From the NCBI GenBank assembly GCA_965153285.1, contig OZ229110.1: a stretch of DNA of 64,000 nt; one strand, written 5' to 3'. The notes under the pieces are model-generated. The model saw only the letters and a list, made by a program, of their open reading frames with translations, did not search any database and was not told the DNA's origin. The stretch comes from Podarcis tiliguerta. Taxonomy: Eukaryota. A program made the position numbers and the translations under genes. The stretch's first letter is position 1. Each line of letters starts with the position of its first letter. Below are positions 1 through 13,751 of the stretch, piece by piece.

Positions 1-538
1 GAGTAATAGGCAAAAAGGATTGTTTGACTACTTATAAATGCTGGTGTTAACAGAAGTGGAAATAAATTCAAAGTTACTTTTCTAGGAAGAAGTTGTCCAT
101 AACACAATTGGTTCTCAAGAGATGCATCACAGTCCTCCAGGTAGTATTTTTTCATTTAAATTGGGCACTTGAACATCTCTGACATGGGTGTCAGGATTTT
201 CCTGCTGACCACAAAATTATAAGAGGTGGCATCACCAGCATGCTTTCCCACCCAGACAGCAGAGAGAATAAGGTATTATATAGAGACTTGGTTTCAACAA
301 GGATGTGAATTGTGCTGCACTTAAATTTTCAAAGGAACAGTAACAGAATAAATTATATTCTTTTTAAGAGAGCGCGTCAAAACAACCCAGAGATGATATT
401 GAAATCCACAGAGGTGCCTCTGGATCACTGTCAACATTTGAATAATATTTTCAGGATCTGAAGATCTTCCAAAACCATTTTCATCATCAGTTTTTCCCCC
501 TCTTCAACAACTATCCAATACAAAATCTTGACAATTAC

Positions 539-2571
539 TCAAGTCCGTGCTCTTGTCACCAAATAATAGAGGATGAAGAAGACTACAATCAGTCCAGCAG
601 AGACGTAGCAAAGAAGTTTACGATTGTCTCTTCCCGACCGGGTCATAGTGGAGAAACGCTTCACACTCCCCGTCAGAAGGCCTGTCACACTCATGAAATC
701 GGAATCCTAATGCAAAGAGTAGAAATAATAAGGTACTTAGAAGACATTGCTTACTGAAAGAAGCAACATGATACATATGGCATACTTCAGTGAGAGAAAT
801 ATATTTAACTCAGTTAATTGAATTCCAATTTAATACTGTTGATATTTAAAAAGAAAACCCAAACAAATGCAGACACATGTGCTCAGATCCCACACCAGCA
901 AAATACACTAGTGAAATTCAAGATTTGACCTTGTCAATAACAATTTTAAATGACTTTACTGCGTGCATATTTTGATCTCATTTATCCTTGCGATAACCCA
1001 GTGAGAAAATAAGACTTCTATGTGATCATTATAACATGTGGTAGTCTGTGCAAGGTCCACACAAGGTTTGCACACTTGTTCATTCAGGTACTTCTTGCAT
1101 AAGAAATTCAGAATATTTGACACGAACCTTACTGCATAAAATAGTTTCACAGCATATTTGCCATTAGATGCCAGATCACTGAACACCAGTTTCTCAGGGA
1201 ATCACTACCAACAGAAGACCAACAAGTTTGGTCCCTCTTGGAAAGGAAAAAAAGATACGTGTGCATGTTCCAGAAGTAGAATGGCATGCTAAAACACATT
1301 AACTCTCTGGAACAGAGCTACTTACACCAATAGACTTGTGAGTGACTTCTTCTCTGTACAGAAATATGTTCCAGTACAAACTAATTGTCCTGTTTGCTCA
1401 TGCTGAGCTTCATCAGTAATTCTTAAAGAGTGCAAACAGTTGCTTACCATGCCATCCAAGTAGTGATTTTGATCCTCAGCATCTTTGTCAATGTCCAGTG
1501 CAAGCTATTGAAAACACAGAATGAAGCAGTTGTTGACACCTAGACAACTTTCGGAAAGAACTAATAAAAGGGCAAACAAGAATATCATTTGCTCCTCAGC
1601 AATTCTCTGTATATTACTAAATACAAGGGGGTTGGGGACAAAAACAAAAACCCTCAAAGACCAAAGTCTTCTGGAGAGCAAGACAGCAATCAAAGAGCAA
1701 GGGCTCATCCAGACTTCCTTTTTGCCCAAATGCCACAAATTTCCATTTGTTCTGATTCAGCGTGAAAGAGCAAGTTTTTGATGGGAAAGCGGCGGGCCAA
1801 AAGAAAGAAAACATGTTCAGTGATGACATTTCAAAGCACAGCCCTGTGCCTAGAAAGCACAGGGCAAAAGGTTAAGTGTGGATGCCCCAAGTAAAGAAAG
1901 TAATCTACAAACCGATTTTAGCCGGGTGACTTTGGAGGCTAGGTTTTCAGTCATACGTTTGTTTTCCACATCTAGCATATCATCCACAGCATTGGCATTC
2001 TGACCTGGAATGAAGATAAAGTAATTATGCCACTTAGTGCAGCTAAAACATAACAACTGTTAAAACAAAAGGTAGTATGGTAAAATGTGTGGTTATTTTG
2101 CAGACCTTCCCCCAGCTCACTCCAAAGCCTATTTTCACCATCACAGGGCACAGCAGGCTCCCCACTTTGCTAGTGTGGGATGTTACCCCACACTGCAGAC
2201 ACACACACAAATGCCCTGCGAATGGGGAAGAGTCCATTCCACCACCACAACGGAAAGCCACACTGCAAAGCATGGGCAAAAAAGCTGCCACGTCCTTGCC
2301 CGCCAGTCAACTACAGAAGGCACAGGAGCCCCCAGCAAGGGGGAAGGTGGCAACTGTGACCTGGGGAGGATCAGAATGCCTCCTTTGTTCCCCGTCCCCC
2401 ACCCCCAGCACAGGCCACGGAGGTACTGAGGCAGCGCGACGAGCCGGAGCAACGGCGCCTCCAGCCCGTTTTCCTGAGGGAAGGCAGCGCCGCCGCCGCC
2501 ACCACCCGCTCCCGCTCCGGCGCCCCCTCGCCAGCCTCTTCCGCGATCTCACCTCGCCCCCAGTCCGCCAT
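539..2571 (-). CDS. BET1L: BET1-like Golgi SNARE (GS15), 4 coding exons, 111 aa
   Basis: Exons 2553-2571, 1913-2004, 1448-1504 and 539-706 are all GT-AG and total 336 nt in frame. Protein: MADWGRGQNANAVDDMLDVENKRMTENLASKVTRLKSLALDIDKDAEDQNHYLDGMDSDFMSVTGLLTGSVKRFSTMTRSGRDNRKLLCYVSAGLIVVFFILYYLVTRART*. It has a SNARE motif plus a C-terminal TM anchor, and lies head-to-head with RIC8A as in mammals. Confidence 0.96.
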
Positions 2572-2940
2572 GGCCGCTTCCTGCCTCCGTGTCCCGCTCC
2601 GCCCACAGAGAGCAGGAGGAGGAGCGGCGGCGGCGAAGGCTCGGCTAGCCGGGGAAACTCCCCCCTCGGCCGCAGCGTCCCCTCCTGTCGGCTGGAGAGG
2701 GAGGCGGCCTCCGGCTGCTCTTGCGGAGGCGCGGTGCAATGGGAGCGGAGGCCTTGTCCTCGGCTGGCGCTGCAACGCCTGCTCTTCCCTCCCTCAGGAG
2801 AGCGGCCTCGTCGCCCTTGTTATTCGGGAACGACTTGGATGGTCCGCGGCCTCGGGCAGGATCGCCACGTAAGGGGCCCGCTCTGGCTTCTAGTGGGCTG
2901 CGACAAAGGCTCGTTGGATGAATTCCTGTCACACAGGTGT
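2400..2940. promoter_or_regulatory. CpG island / probable bidirectional promoter of BET1L and RIC8A
   Basis: Sharp GC- and CpG-rich segment containing the BET1L ATG (2571) in otherwise CpG-poor DNA. A plus-strand donor CAC|GTAAGG lies at 2868/2869. Confidence 0.8.
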
Positions 2941-3114
2941 TAAAAGGGCAAGAAGTCGTTTAGAGGAAAAGGTGGCACTCCTTCCTCGCCCTTTTTTCCT
3001 GAGCAGTGCAGGTCTATAAGATTATTTATTCTTCCAAGTGAGCCTTGAGGCGTTTGGCAAACCAAATGCTAAAGTGTGACATTTTTATGCCACCACCTTC
3101 CAGGTTTTGTGCAG

Positions 3115-3292
3115 TTCAAAAGCACGTCAAAGTGCAAGTAGGCGGGAAGGTAAATGGCATTTCCATGTGCTGCTTTGGTTCGCTTAGTCATGCTGGCCAC
3201 ATCGCTGGCTCCTTCAGCCAGTAAAGTGAGATGAGCGCCGCAACCCCAGAGTCATCCACGACTGGACCTAATGGTCAGGGGTCCCTATACCT
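3115..3292 (+). mobile_element. Sauria SINE fragment (internally deleted)
   Basis: Shares aaagcacg...gtgcaagtag, gtcatgctggccaca, gagatgagcgccgcaacccc and ggtcaggggtccct with the full copy at 13332-13680. Confidence 0.8.
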
Positions 3293-3828
3293 AATAGCTT
3301 ACAGAAACTTCTTTGTGTATGTAAACAATTTATGAGTATGTTAGTTCTTCCAGTTCATCTAAGTTCTTCATGTGTTTTTCTTCAGGTTAAATATACCGGA
3401 CACTAATTTTCTTGTACTGGATACAATACATTGCCAAGAACTGGTATATAACTCCAAAAGAATAATTGGTAATTAAGGCTGGCATCCTGCATGCAAGTTG
3501 CTTAAGTTCCTTTGAAGGGAATGGGATTCTGGCTGAAAGCCCAAATACATTTATAAGGGGCAAGTCCAGTCTTGTCCAAAAGCACTTACCAACACACCAG
3601 GAGCAAGGATGATTTTCATATTGAGGGGCCAGATAACTTTGTGTTGTGATGGCTTACAGTGTAATCACATGCAGAGTTGGTGCACCTACAGTAATTATTC
3701 ATAAAATAACACAGCAGCAAGATGTTTACTTGCTCTGCTTGCATGTGCTCAAAGACATTTATTTGATAAAATTAGCAGTTTCTTTACTAGAAAGGCAGCC
3801 TGCAACTATTTTAAATAAATAAATGTTT

Positions 3829-4083
3829 AGGTAAAGATAACGGTGAAGGACCCCTGGACAGTTAAGTCCAGTTGAATTCGACTATGGGGTGTGATGCTCA
3901 TCTCTGCTTTCAGGCTGAAGGATCCAGCGTTTGTCTGCAGACAGCTTTCCCAGGTCATGTGGCAAGCATGACTAAACCGCTTCTGGCGCACAGAAGACCA
4001 TGATGAGTGCCAGAGTGTATCTACTCGTGCTGGTGTGCTTTCAAACTGCTAGGTTGGCAGGAGCTGGGACAAAGGGGAGTTAC
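3829..4083 (-). mobile_element. Sauria SINE fragment, reverse orientation
   Basis: Reverse complement of the Sauria SINE 3' part: aggtaaag tail, ggacccctggac, gcatgactaaaccgcttctggcg, aactgctaggttggcaggagctggga. Confidence 0.8.
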
Positions 4084-7000
4084 TTCAGTTCCCTTGTGGA
4101 ACTGAAGTTAGTGAACTCATTCAAGAAAGTAGTCTAAAATGACATGTTAACTGACCGGAACACGATTGAGGGTGTGTGGTTTATATGTTTAAAGACAGTG
4201 CTTACATACCGTAGATAGGAACAGATAATATGGATTACTTTTCCCTTAGTGTAATAATCATAGAGAGAGGCATAGGCACAAACTCCTAGAGGCCAAGGGG
4301 TATTTGGCCACCCCAATAAAATATTTGAGGGGGCCAGCCCTGAAATGGTGTGCATGCACTGCATCATGTGATTGATTATGGGGTGCAGGGCTTACCTCCC
4401 CCCCCCCACAATATTTTATACAAGTTGCCCCCCTGGAGCGAGGGTAGTTAAATATTGGTACAATTGACTTTTTATGCTTATACATAGAAGAGTGATACAT
4501 TTAAGTGTTTGTCTAGAATCTAGATCAATATTTATGTAGAACAATGATGTAGCAGTTATTCCTACCTCATTAATCTATGTTATTATTTATTAAATTTCTA
4601 CCCCAGCCTTCATCTCAAAGGGCTCCAGGGTGACAAACGCCAAAATCTTAAAACAATAATAGTAAGAGGATACACAAGCTTCTGTAAGTACCATTACAGA
4701 AGATTAAAGTATTATCTATCTAGTTAGTGAAGAATCAAAGTAGGACTTTGAAATAACAAGCTGGGTTAAGGGTTTCCATAAGTCTGTTATCTCCAAGAGT
4801 AAAACAAAATCCAGGTGATTTCTTTTTTATCCTTTGGATATCCAATCTGTGGATGCTGGTTTGCCATTTCTGACTGCTGCCTGGGGAGCAAAGCCAAGAG
4901 TTGACTGTAGTCAGTCATCTGCTCCATGCCATGATTTCTCACTTCCCGTATGGTTTTGCATTCACCATTTCCCATCAGCCTGAAGACAGTTACTAAAAGG
5001 GGTGGAATTCCCAAGAGACCTGTTCATTCTCTTCTACAGTCTCTGGATGAGCAGCCCAGCATTGTGGTTCCCCACTGCGCCCTCTGTTTTCTGCTAGCAG
5101 GATTTCCAGCAGAATGACAACAAAGCCGCTGCCTGCTCTTGAAAACTGCATTTGGTAGGGTTGGGGGAAGGAGGGAGAGTTGCTGTTTTCAGGAAATGAA
5201 GCAGGAAGTCTGATCGAAAACTGCACACACAAAAGGCAGCTTAACTAAAAAGAAGGTAACATTTCCCCCTCACCCTCTGATTAGTTTGGTTTTTAAATTT
5301 CTGAATTCAGGTTAGTAGGACTAGCTAGGCATGAATTTATAGTGAAAATGATTTTTTTGCTCTTTAAAAAAAAGGGGGGGAATGGATATATAAACAATAT
5401 TATTTTAAACCATTTTGGAGTTTGTCATGTAGCTTGCATGTTGGATGACAGGCTGGGATATAGGTTAATGGGATATTTTCCATTTCCCCCAGCTTGTGAA
5501 TGTTTTCCAGAGGGATGTGGATGGCAGTAGGCTTTGATGGAGTTTAAATGATTAACATAATCTATGTATATATGGCTTGCCTAAACAGAAACAGGTCTGA
5601 CTTCAGCTTTACATTTTCATTCATATACAAAGGTTTGCATATTCTGTTTGATGCTGATCTTTTTTTCCAGTGTGTGCACTGGAAATGGGTGAAAAATAAA
5701 CTGATATGGCTGTTTCTAAATTACAAAATCCTTGCATGTGTGTGGACCTGTAGTGGAAGTGCTAACTACAATCATTGTAGCAAGTACTGCCAGATGTTTC
5801 CTATTTCAAGGTATATACCTTATTTAAAATGCTTTGCTTTTGTTTCAGATTATCACAAGTCTATATAAGATAAAGGAAGTGATCTGTTTCGCAAGCTGTT
5901 ACAAGCTAACTCATACAATCAGTTGAGCTATTGGCCTCATTCTTTGATAAACTTTCACTTGTTGACAATGCTTGATGTCAAAAAACTGTTATGCAATTAA
6001 GAGCTAATTTATGCAATGATTCTATATTTTCCTTTTTAGTTCCCTTAGAAAATGGGTTACACCTTATGGCAAAAGATGGTCTCAATTATTTGTTGTAAAC
6101 ACAAAACTCATGTTGCCACTCCATTGCAAACCTTCCTAATAGGAGTTGAATAACAGTATGCCAAATCACAATTTGTACTTGAGACAAATGGTCCCAGTTT
6201 GGGACAAATGGCCCCAGACAAATCCACCAGGGTGCTTGGAGAAATCAGGGGACAATTTTATTGTTGGAGAACTGTCATAAAACTTTTTGTACAGTGTTTA
6301 AAAGAGAATACAGGAAAACATACAAGCCCACATTCCCCACAAGATTTCAGGGATTTAGCAACAGAGACCTTGATCCAGCTCCAGTTGCGAGGAACTAGTT
6401 GTGTGATTGGCCCTGGGTGGGGACGTGCATTAACTATGTGTACAGAAGGCTGTTTATTTTCATGCAGTTTGTTTCTAATACTCTGGTTATGTTTACATCT
6501 CAGTCTCCACACATACATACCCCACTGTTCCAATGCCTGTAGCTCTGAGAGCTGATTAAATTTTGTATAAAAGACAGCTGAATTCTTATGAGATGAAGCA
6601 TTTATGGATCCAAGAATGGTGGTGCTGTGCCAGAATTGACAATGCCTGCCTGTATCTGGTCATAAATATATAGCATCGTATCTCTTAGTTCTTTATTTGG
6701 ATGTTGTTCTGTGCCATACTCTTTGCTGGTTTGCAAAGAATTCATAGCAAGTATTTAATTATGTCCATGTAAGCTGTAGCTCACAGCAATTTCACACTTT
6801 GTGGCAGCTGGGTAGTGTTTTCCTCAGTACACATGTAAAGTGTGAAGGTCAGGCACCTCTAAAAATGAGACGTGACTCTTAGATAGTACAACTCATGGCA
6901 TTCTGGGAATGTTATCAGGCTTCTGTAATTCTGGCTTGCACATAATTTGCAACTTGCAGGAAGAGACATATATCATCATGATTAGCATTTTAGTTTTGAA

Positions 7001-7812
7001 GGCCAGGATGGATTCTATAATGTAAATGGAATGCACTTGATTATAAGGCTGAGCACTCTCAAGATGGGACAGGCATGGACTTCTTGTTGCCTCTCCCAGC
7101 TTGTGTGCATGGCCTGCTGATCTCCCTCACCCTGTCACTGTGTGCTGACATCATGTGCTGTGATTAGAAAGACTACTGGAGGGAAACAAACATGGCCACA
7201 CATCCTTTAAACAGTTGCCATGTTTGTTACTCTGTGGTAATTGAATGCAGATGATACATTTAACCAGGTTCATGTATTTGGATCTAATGGGAGTCAATTT
7301 AAAAGGCACTCAGATCTGTGGAAACCTGACAAATGATTTTGCCACCTTAACCTAGATGGGTGTGTGTGTTTGCCTATATTGTGCTATGTACATTTTTTAA
7401 ATATATCACTGGGATGGTTCTAGGTTTTTCTGTGCTGTAACAGAAACCAGGACAGTTGGAGGAGGGAGGCTATTTCAGGGAGCTGCAGCATCCCTTCTGA
7501 GGTAATCCTCAGACTGGGGGAGGGGGAGGCTTTTGTAGGTGCTTTGCTGGGAGGGCATTTTTTAAAAGCTGCAAAGCTCAGTGAGGGAAGAGGATTAGTG
7601 TGAGAGAGCGAGTGAGCTGCTGGCTGGTTTTACTAGGATCATCCATCTGCTCTGTGCTTTGGGCATATTGAAGTGGGCAGTCTCACTTTGCTTTCCTCAT
7701 CTCCTCCTCAGCTGTGTGATTAGGGCCCTGCGCATCTGTAATTATCCAGCCAGACTGCAAAGCCGCTTGCCACACTTTACAGCACTCCAGGCCACCTCCA
7801 CACCGTGGAGCA

Positions 7813-10800
7813 ATGGCGCTCCGGACTGTGCTAGAGACTGTCGAAAGTGGGGAGCAAGATACTATTCTCAAGGTGCTGCAGATCTACAACCAGGAGGTGA
7901 GTATTCATTGGAAATTGTTTGGCTGATGTCAGTCGGAAGGATCAGCTGGAGAATCTGTGCTGGTGCTTTGGTGCCGTTCCCCATAAGCTGCCTTCAGTTT
8001 TATCTGCCTGCATTGCTTCAACAAAATGTTGTTAACCTCTGCAAGCAAGTATCTTTTTGCCTTTGCAAAGATTAGGTCATTTGCATATTGATTGTTTGTG
8101 ACTGCACTCTCCCTTTTTTCCTGTATGTAATGGGGAGCTTGTGCTGCTTTGGCCAGAGTCAGACGTGTTGGAAAAATCGATGTTAGCAGTGAAGGACGGA
8201 TTTTGGAGAGCAGAAGGGAAAGGAGGAGCTTTATGTGGCAAGCAGATGTGTGGTATTAACAAACAGGCAGCCCCAGGAGGAGCTGTATGTGGAATAGAAC
8301 TACTGTGCAATTTTAGATAATTAAAAAATCTCTTAATGAAGGGATTGCCATAGATATGGCATTTGAAAACTGATGGGGAAGAGAGGAAAAACAATGAACA
8401 TGGTGAGAACAAGCAGTCTAAGGCACTAACCATTAGATTTGTTTCAAACTGACACAAGAACCAGATACTTCAATGATAATCATATCTGAGAACTTGGAAT
8501 CAAGCTCCTGTGAATGTGTCATTAATTTACAGGCAGTTGCATCAGGAATACTTTTGGTTTACATATCTATGTGATTCCCCTTGTGGTAGACCTTCAAACT
8601 AGGTGGGAAATAAGCAAAGCTGCACATTTTATATGTAGCATAAGTGGTATTTCCTCAGAGGAAAAATAAATGAGTTGGCAAACTGCATGTATTTATTTGC
8701 ATATGAAATCGTCTTACACTGTGTCAGATCATTGGTCTTTAATCCAGCATTTGTTTACTTCAGCTCACAACGAGGCCTCGACCAGAGGTCTTTCCAAGTC
8801 CTGACCTGAGATGCTTTTTTAATTAGAGATGCTGGGAAATGAACCTGGGAACTTTTGCATTAAGAGCTTGTGCTCCACTGCTGAGCCTTCCCCTTGTTTT
8901 GCTGTGGCAAAGATTCCAGCTGTAGCAATGACAACATGAATAAAGCAGAAACTGGTAGATAAAATATCAGCTTCATTAGCAGAGAAAAAGGTTTAAACCT
9001 TTAGAACTCCATTCAGGATATATGTGTATATACTGTATGTATGCATTTGTAGGCGATTTTGGATAGAGAAAATCAATATTCTACCTGGAAGTTTAGAGAA
9101 CAAGAGCTTTGTAAACAGAAAGGCCACCTTTTGGTGTTTCTCCATCAGTGTTTGGAAGAGCGACTGCCATTCTCTGAGCACCCAGAAATGCTTCACTGTT
9201 GTCTCTCAGTATGGAAATAGTTTAATGCTGAGATATTTTAAGATATATTTACAGTCATAATCAACATGGCTACTCAGGTGGTAATAGGCCATTCTTCCTG
9301 TATCTCTCCCTCCTCCTTACCCCAGCAAAACAAGATGGTACAAAATATGGTTTAGTTCTTTGTCTGCAATAGCAAACTGTGTATGATTCAATGGGCAGGG
9401 CTGTCTTTCAGAGAAGCTTGCCCATCATTACCAATACAGAGGTACCTAAGGTTACAAACACCTCGGGTTACAAACACTTTGGGTTACAGACTCTACTAAC
9501 CCGGAAGTAGTACAGTAGTACCTCGGGTTAAGAACTTTGCCCCAGGATGTGAACAGAAATCGCACGCCGGTGGCACAGTGGCAGTGGGGCTGCAGGAAGC
9601 GCCATTAGCTAAAGTGGTACCTCAGGTTAAGAACAGTTTCAGGTTAAGAACGGACCTCTGGAATGAACCTCCGGAATGAATTAAGTTCATAACCAGAGGT
9701 ACCACTGTATTCTCATTGATAATGTTGTTCTTCATCCTCCCCCCCCCCCCCCAATATCTTCCCACGTGGAATGTGAGCCACTCTGAGGACTCCAGTCCAA
9801 AAGTGAAATACATATCTAATAAATTAAAACTATTGTAGATCCCTTGATAGGTTTTCACAGAACCTCAGAGTACCGTAGAACAGAGTTTCAGAAACCATTG
9901 CTGCTGCTAATAAAACATATTGCAAGATCTGAAGCATAAGGCCTCCTGATCATTAAAGAAATCCTCTTCATACAGCCAAAATGCATTGTTAAATCATTCC
10001 TAAATTTGGAATCTTAGTATTCCATTTCATTTCTATATGATAGGATTGAAAGAGGTGAACATGATTTTGGAATGTGCATAGATGAGTGTGAACAAGACCT
10101 GTCAACAGTGATTTGCCTGTGTCTGTTTGAGAATCATCTTCAAAAGTGAATTTGCTAAAAAAAAATACATTGTGATTATGAAATGTTTACATAGCAGTGT
10201 AAAATTAAAAAAGAATCTAGAAGACTTTAAAAAGCAAATGGACTCGAATGTTGGGTCCTTATTTACAATTTCCCATGTGTTCTTCCTTCAGGAAAGCTGG
10301 CTGGGCTGTGTGAACTGTCTTGTACTGAGGATTGCCCTTGAATGCAGTAATCTTTTGAGTGGTAGTTGACAATTCAGGTTAGAGCCCTGTGTGCTCCCCT
10401 ACCACTTCATTGTGGAAAAAATGTCACTATCTACCCTCACTTAAAATGATTGTAAGGTTATCTCAGGACAGTTAATTTCAGTAGAACAAGATGTGGAGAG
10501 TGTAGGGCTGCATTAAAGATTTTAGATTCATACAGTGTAAATGGAAGAAAAAAACCATAGTGGTATGAGATGAAGCTGTCTACCTGCCTTACCATAACAA
10601 TTAATCTTTTGCTGATGTTTGGATGTCTCGGTATCCTGGTACCTCAAGACTGAATAGGTATGCTTTGAAATGACCCAATGAATTTAATTCAAAGTTTCCA
10701 ACTTTTTAAGTATGTATAGCATACTTTAAAAATGGACTCTAGATATTTTCAGTGCTCAGTGTCTCTAATTCTGTGTAGGATTTAATGTGACCCTTACTGG

Positions 10801-13709
10801 TCACGCCTAACATGCTAGGTTCTGTACATTCTAGTTTATTAAGCTCCTTATAATGAAACAAATCATGTAACATACTTTTGAATATTATGATCAGTAGCTA
10901 GGGATTTGCATAAGTGACATATATACACATTCCAAAAACAAAAACTTGGACCATAACTAGGCTTGTTTGTGGGAGCATCCCTTGAGCAGAGTTCCTCTTT
11001 TGTTGGCAGGAGCATCTCATGAATGGGCAATGGAACTTTCCTCACTTTCCCCCTGCAGTCCCTTATGCCTTACAAAATCTGCTCTAGAAGGTTGGAAGAC
11101 TCTCCAGAGAAGCATGAGAGAGAGTGCAGGGGGTTGCAGCAGGAAGGGAGAATTAGAGAAAATTGCCTCTTCCGTCTTCCATGTTGCAGACTCATAAGAA
11201 TTTTTACTCAAATAGAAATTGGCTACAATAATATATTGAAACTTCTTGTTCCAAAGTCAAGAGAAACTAATTAGATTGTCATTTTCTCGTGAAGACATCA
11301 GAATGGAGAACCGTTTTTTTTGTGTTGTTCAAATGAGCACATCCTCAATGGCTTCAAAGGGCTTTCCAGATGCAAGTACTTTAAGGGCTGCACCCCAAAG
11401 TTGCTTTGTTCTGCGTCTTATATTACTTCAGAATTGCATCCTATGTATCTTTTGATGTTTTCTTCAGCATAGCCTTATATGAAACAGTAGAATTGTTCAG
11501 AGCTGCACAGTTTCCTTATACAGTGGTACCTCAGGTTAAGAACTTAATTCATTCTGGAGGTCCGTTCTTAACCTGAAACTGTTCTTAACCTGAAGCACCA
11601 CTTTAGCTAATGAGGCCTCCCACTGCCACCACACCACTGGAGAACGATTTCTGTTCTCATCCAGAAGCAAAATTCTTAACCCGAGGTACTATTTCTGGGT
11701 TAGCGGAGTCTGTAACCTGAAGCGTCTGTAACCTGAGGTACCACTGTATCATAGCTTTCATATGCTCCTCAGTATGAATTTATCAGTTTAAGCATGTTTC
11801 TTGCTTAACTTCTCACTGCTTTATAGTGTTCACTGGAGTTGCATGCTGTAGGACTAGGTGTTCAGCAGAAATCAGTTGATTATCACTTGCTTTAAAATTC
11901 CTCTCGCGCTTTTAGAATAAGTTTATTTTCTTAGTACATATCTGTTGTCTCTGTTTCATCTCAGAAATCACAGTGTTTCACCTTTGAAGATGAGGAACAG
12001 GAAGAAAGGAGGGTAAGTACTTATTTTCTTATTTTGCTTACTCCATCAGGATCACTGAGGCTGTGAGATGGTGACTTGCCCTAGACATTGAAAGCACTGA
12101 ATTCCTCCTACATGCATGGAAGCTTTTCCTTCTGAACAAAAGTGTCTAGTTCAAAACCATGCTTCATGTGTATTATGGTCCTCAAGAAGTATGAAATCAT
12201 CCTGGTAGCAGCTAGAGGGTGGCTGATGGTGCTGCCTCATAAAACCACATGCTGGTTAAGAAGCAGAGTACAGTTTGATAGTGAGGCACCTGTTGCATTC
12301 AGGTCCCACTTCTTTTGTTAAACCCCGCCCCCCTGCCAGTCTTGGAGCCGTGAGATGAGTAGCAAATAATCTACTTGACTAGTGGTTGTGTGATGTGCTT
12401 ATACAGAAAGGCCTTTCTATGAGGAGGCACAATCACAATAAAGAATGGGAGCTCAGTTCCCTCATGAAGTTTCCTTGATGAGGCAGCAGTGCTAAGCCAA
12501 TTACATCAAACCATAAGTCCTGTAAAGCTGTAGCATTTGTGATCCTTCTATATCAACATTTCTGTTGATATAGATCTATAAGGTCTATTTAAAATACTAT
12601 AGTTAACTTTTATTTAACATAAAATAATATGAACTATTACTAATGATAAGTATAACCAATCTTATTAATACTATTATGATAGATAGGTAAGTATTTGATT
12701 ATTAAACATTTATTTAACTATTTTAGATAATAAAAAGTACTGTTGCTGTTTTTAACGGGCAGTTTTATTGACGTGTTTTTTACCTGCTTGCTTTATAGGT
12801 GGTAGTTTATGTGTATGGGATTGTTTTATGTTGTATTTTTATCTTGTTATTGGGCAACTTGGGGGTCATTATGTGGAAAGGCATGATATAAATTTAATAA
12901 ATAGGGTCACACATTGGCAAGCACATTTTCAGTAGGTGCACCAGCCAGTATAATTTTATCTGTTCAAGGAAGCTTCCTTGAGTTTTACTGCATAGCCAAA
13001 TTGCAGAAAGAAAAGGGGAATCATCCAAGATGTAACTGCATACAGTGACTATGCAGATATCTTTATTGCATTCACTTTCGGGGCAGAAAGCTACTGTGAC
13101 TTGTTCTCTTCTCCTACCCCACCCCCCAGCTGTTTTCAATTTCTCTTCTCTGGATTTGAACTCTGACAGAAATAAGCCACCAGTCTTTGAGGAGAACGGT
13201 AGTTCTTTGCATAAACAGTCCTGTTCACTAGCATCAGTTTAAACAAGTGTTTGCTGATAATGCTCCAAAAATAGATACCTCTGTACCTTTACTGAATTTG
13301 GATTAAATTGACCCATAGTCTGCTGCAGAAAGGGATGCGGGTGGCGCTGTGGGTTAAACCACAGAACCTAGGGCTTGCCGATCAGAAGGTCGACGGTTTG
13401 AATCCCCTCAACGGGGTGAACTCCCGTTGCTCAGTCCCTGCTCCTGCCAACCTAGCAGTTCGAAAGCACGAAGTGCAAGTAGATAAATAGGTACTGTTCC
13501 GGCAGGAAGGTAAACAGCGTTTCCGTGCGCTGCTCTGGTTCGCCAGAAGTGGCTTAGTCATGCTGGCCACATGACCCGGAAGCTGTACGCTGGTTCCCTC
13601 AGTCAGTAAAGCGAGATGAGCGCCACAACCCCCGAGTCGTCCACGACTGGACCTAGTGGTCAGGGGTCCCTTTACCTTACCTGCTGCAGAATAAAAGGAT
13701 ACAAAGAGA

Positions 13710-13751
<42 letters not shown>

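Noticed and set aside
2077-2943. 288-aa ORF and several overlapping ORFs
   Set aside because: Stop-poor CpG-island artefacts. Only the 19-nt BET1L first exon is supported here.
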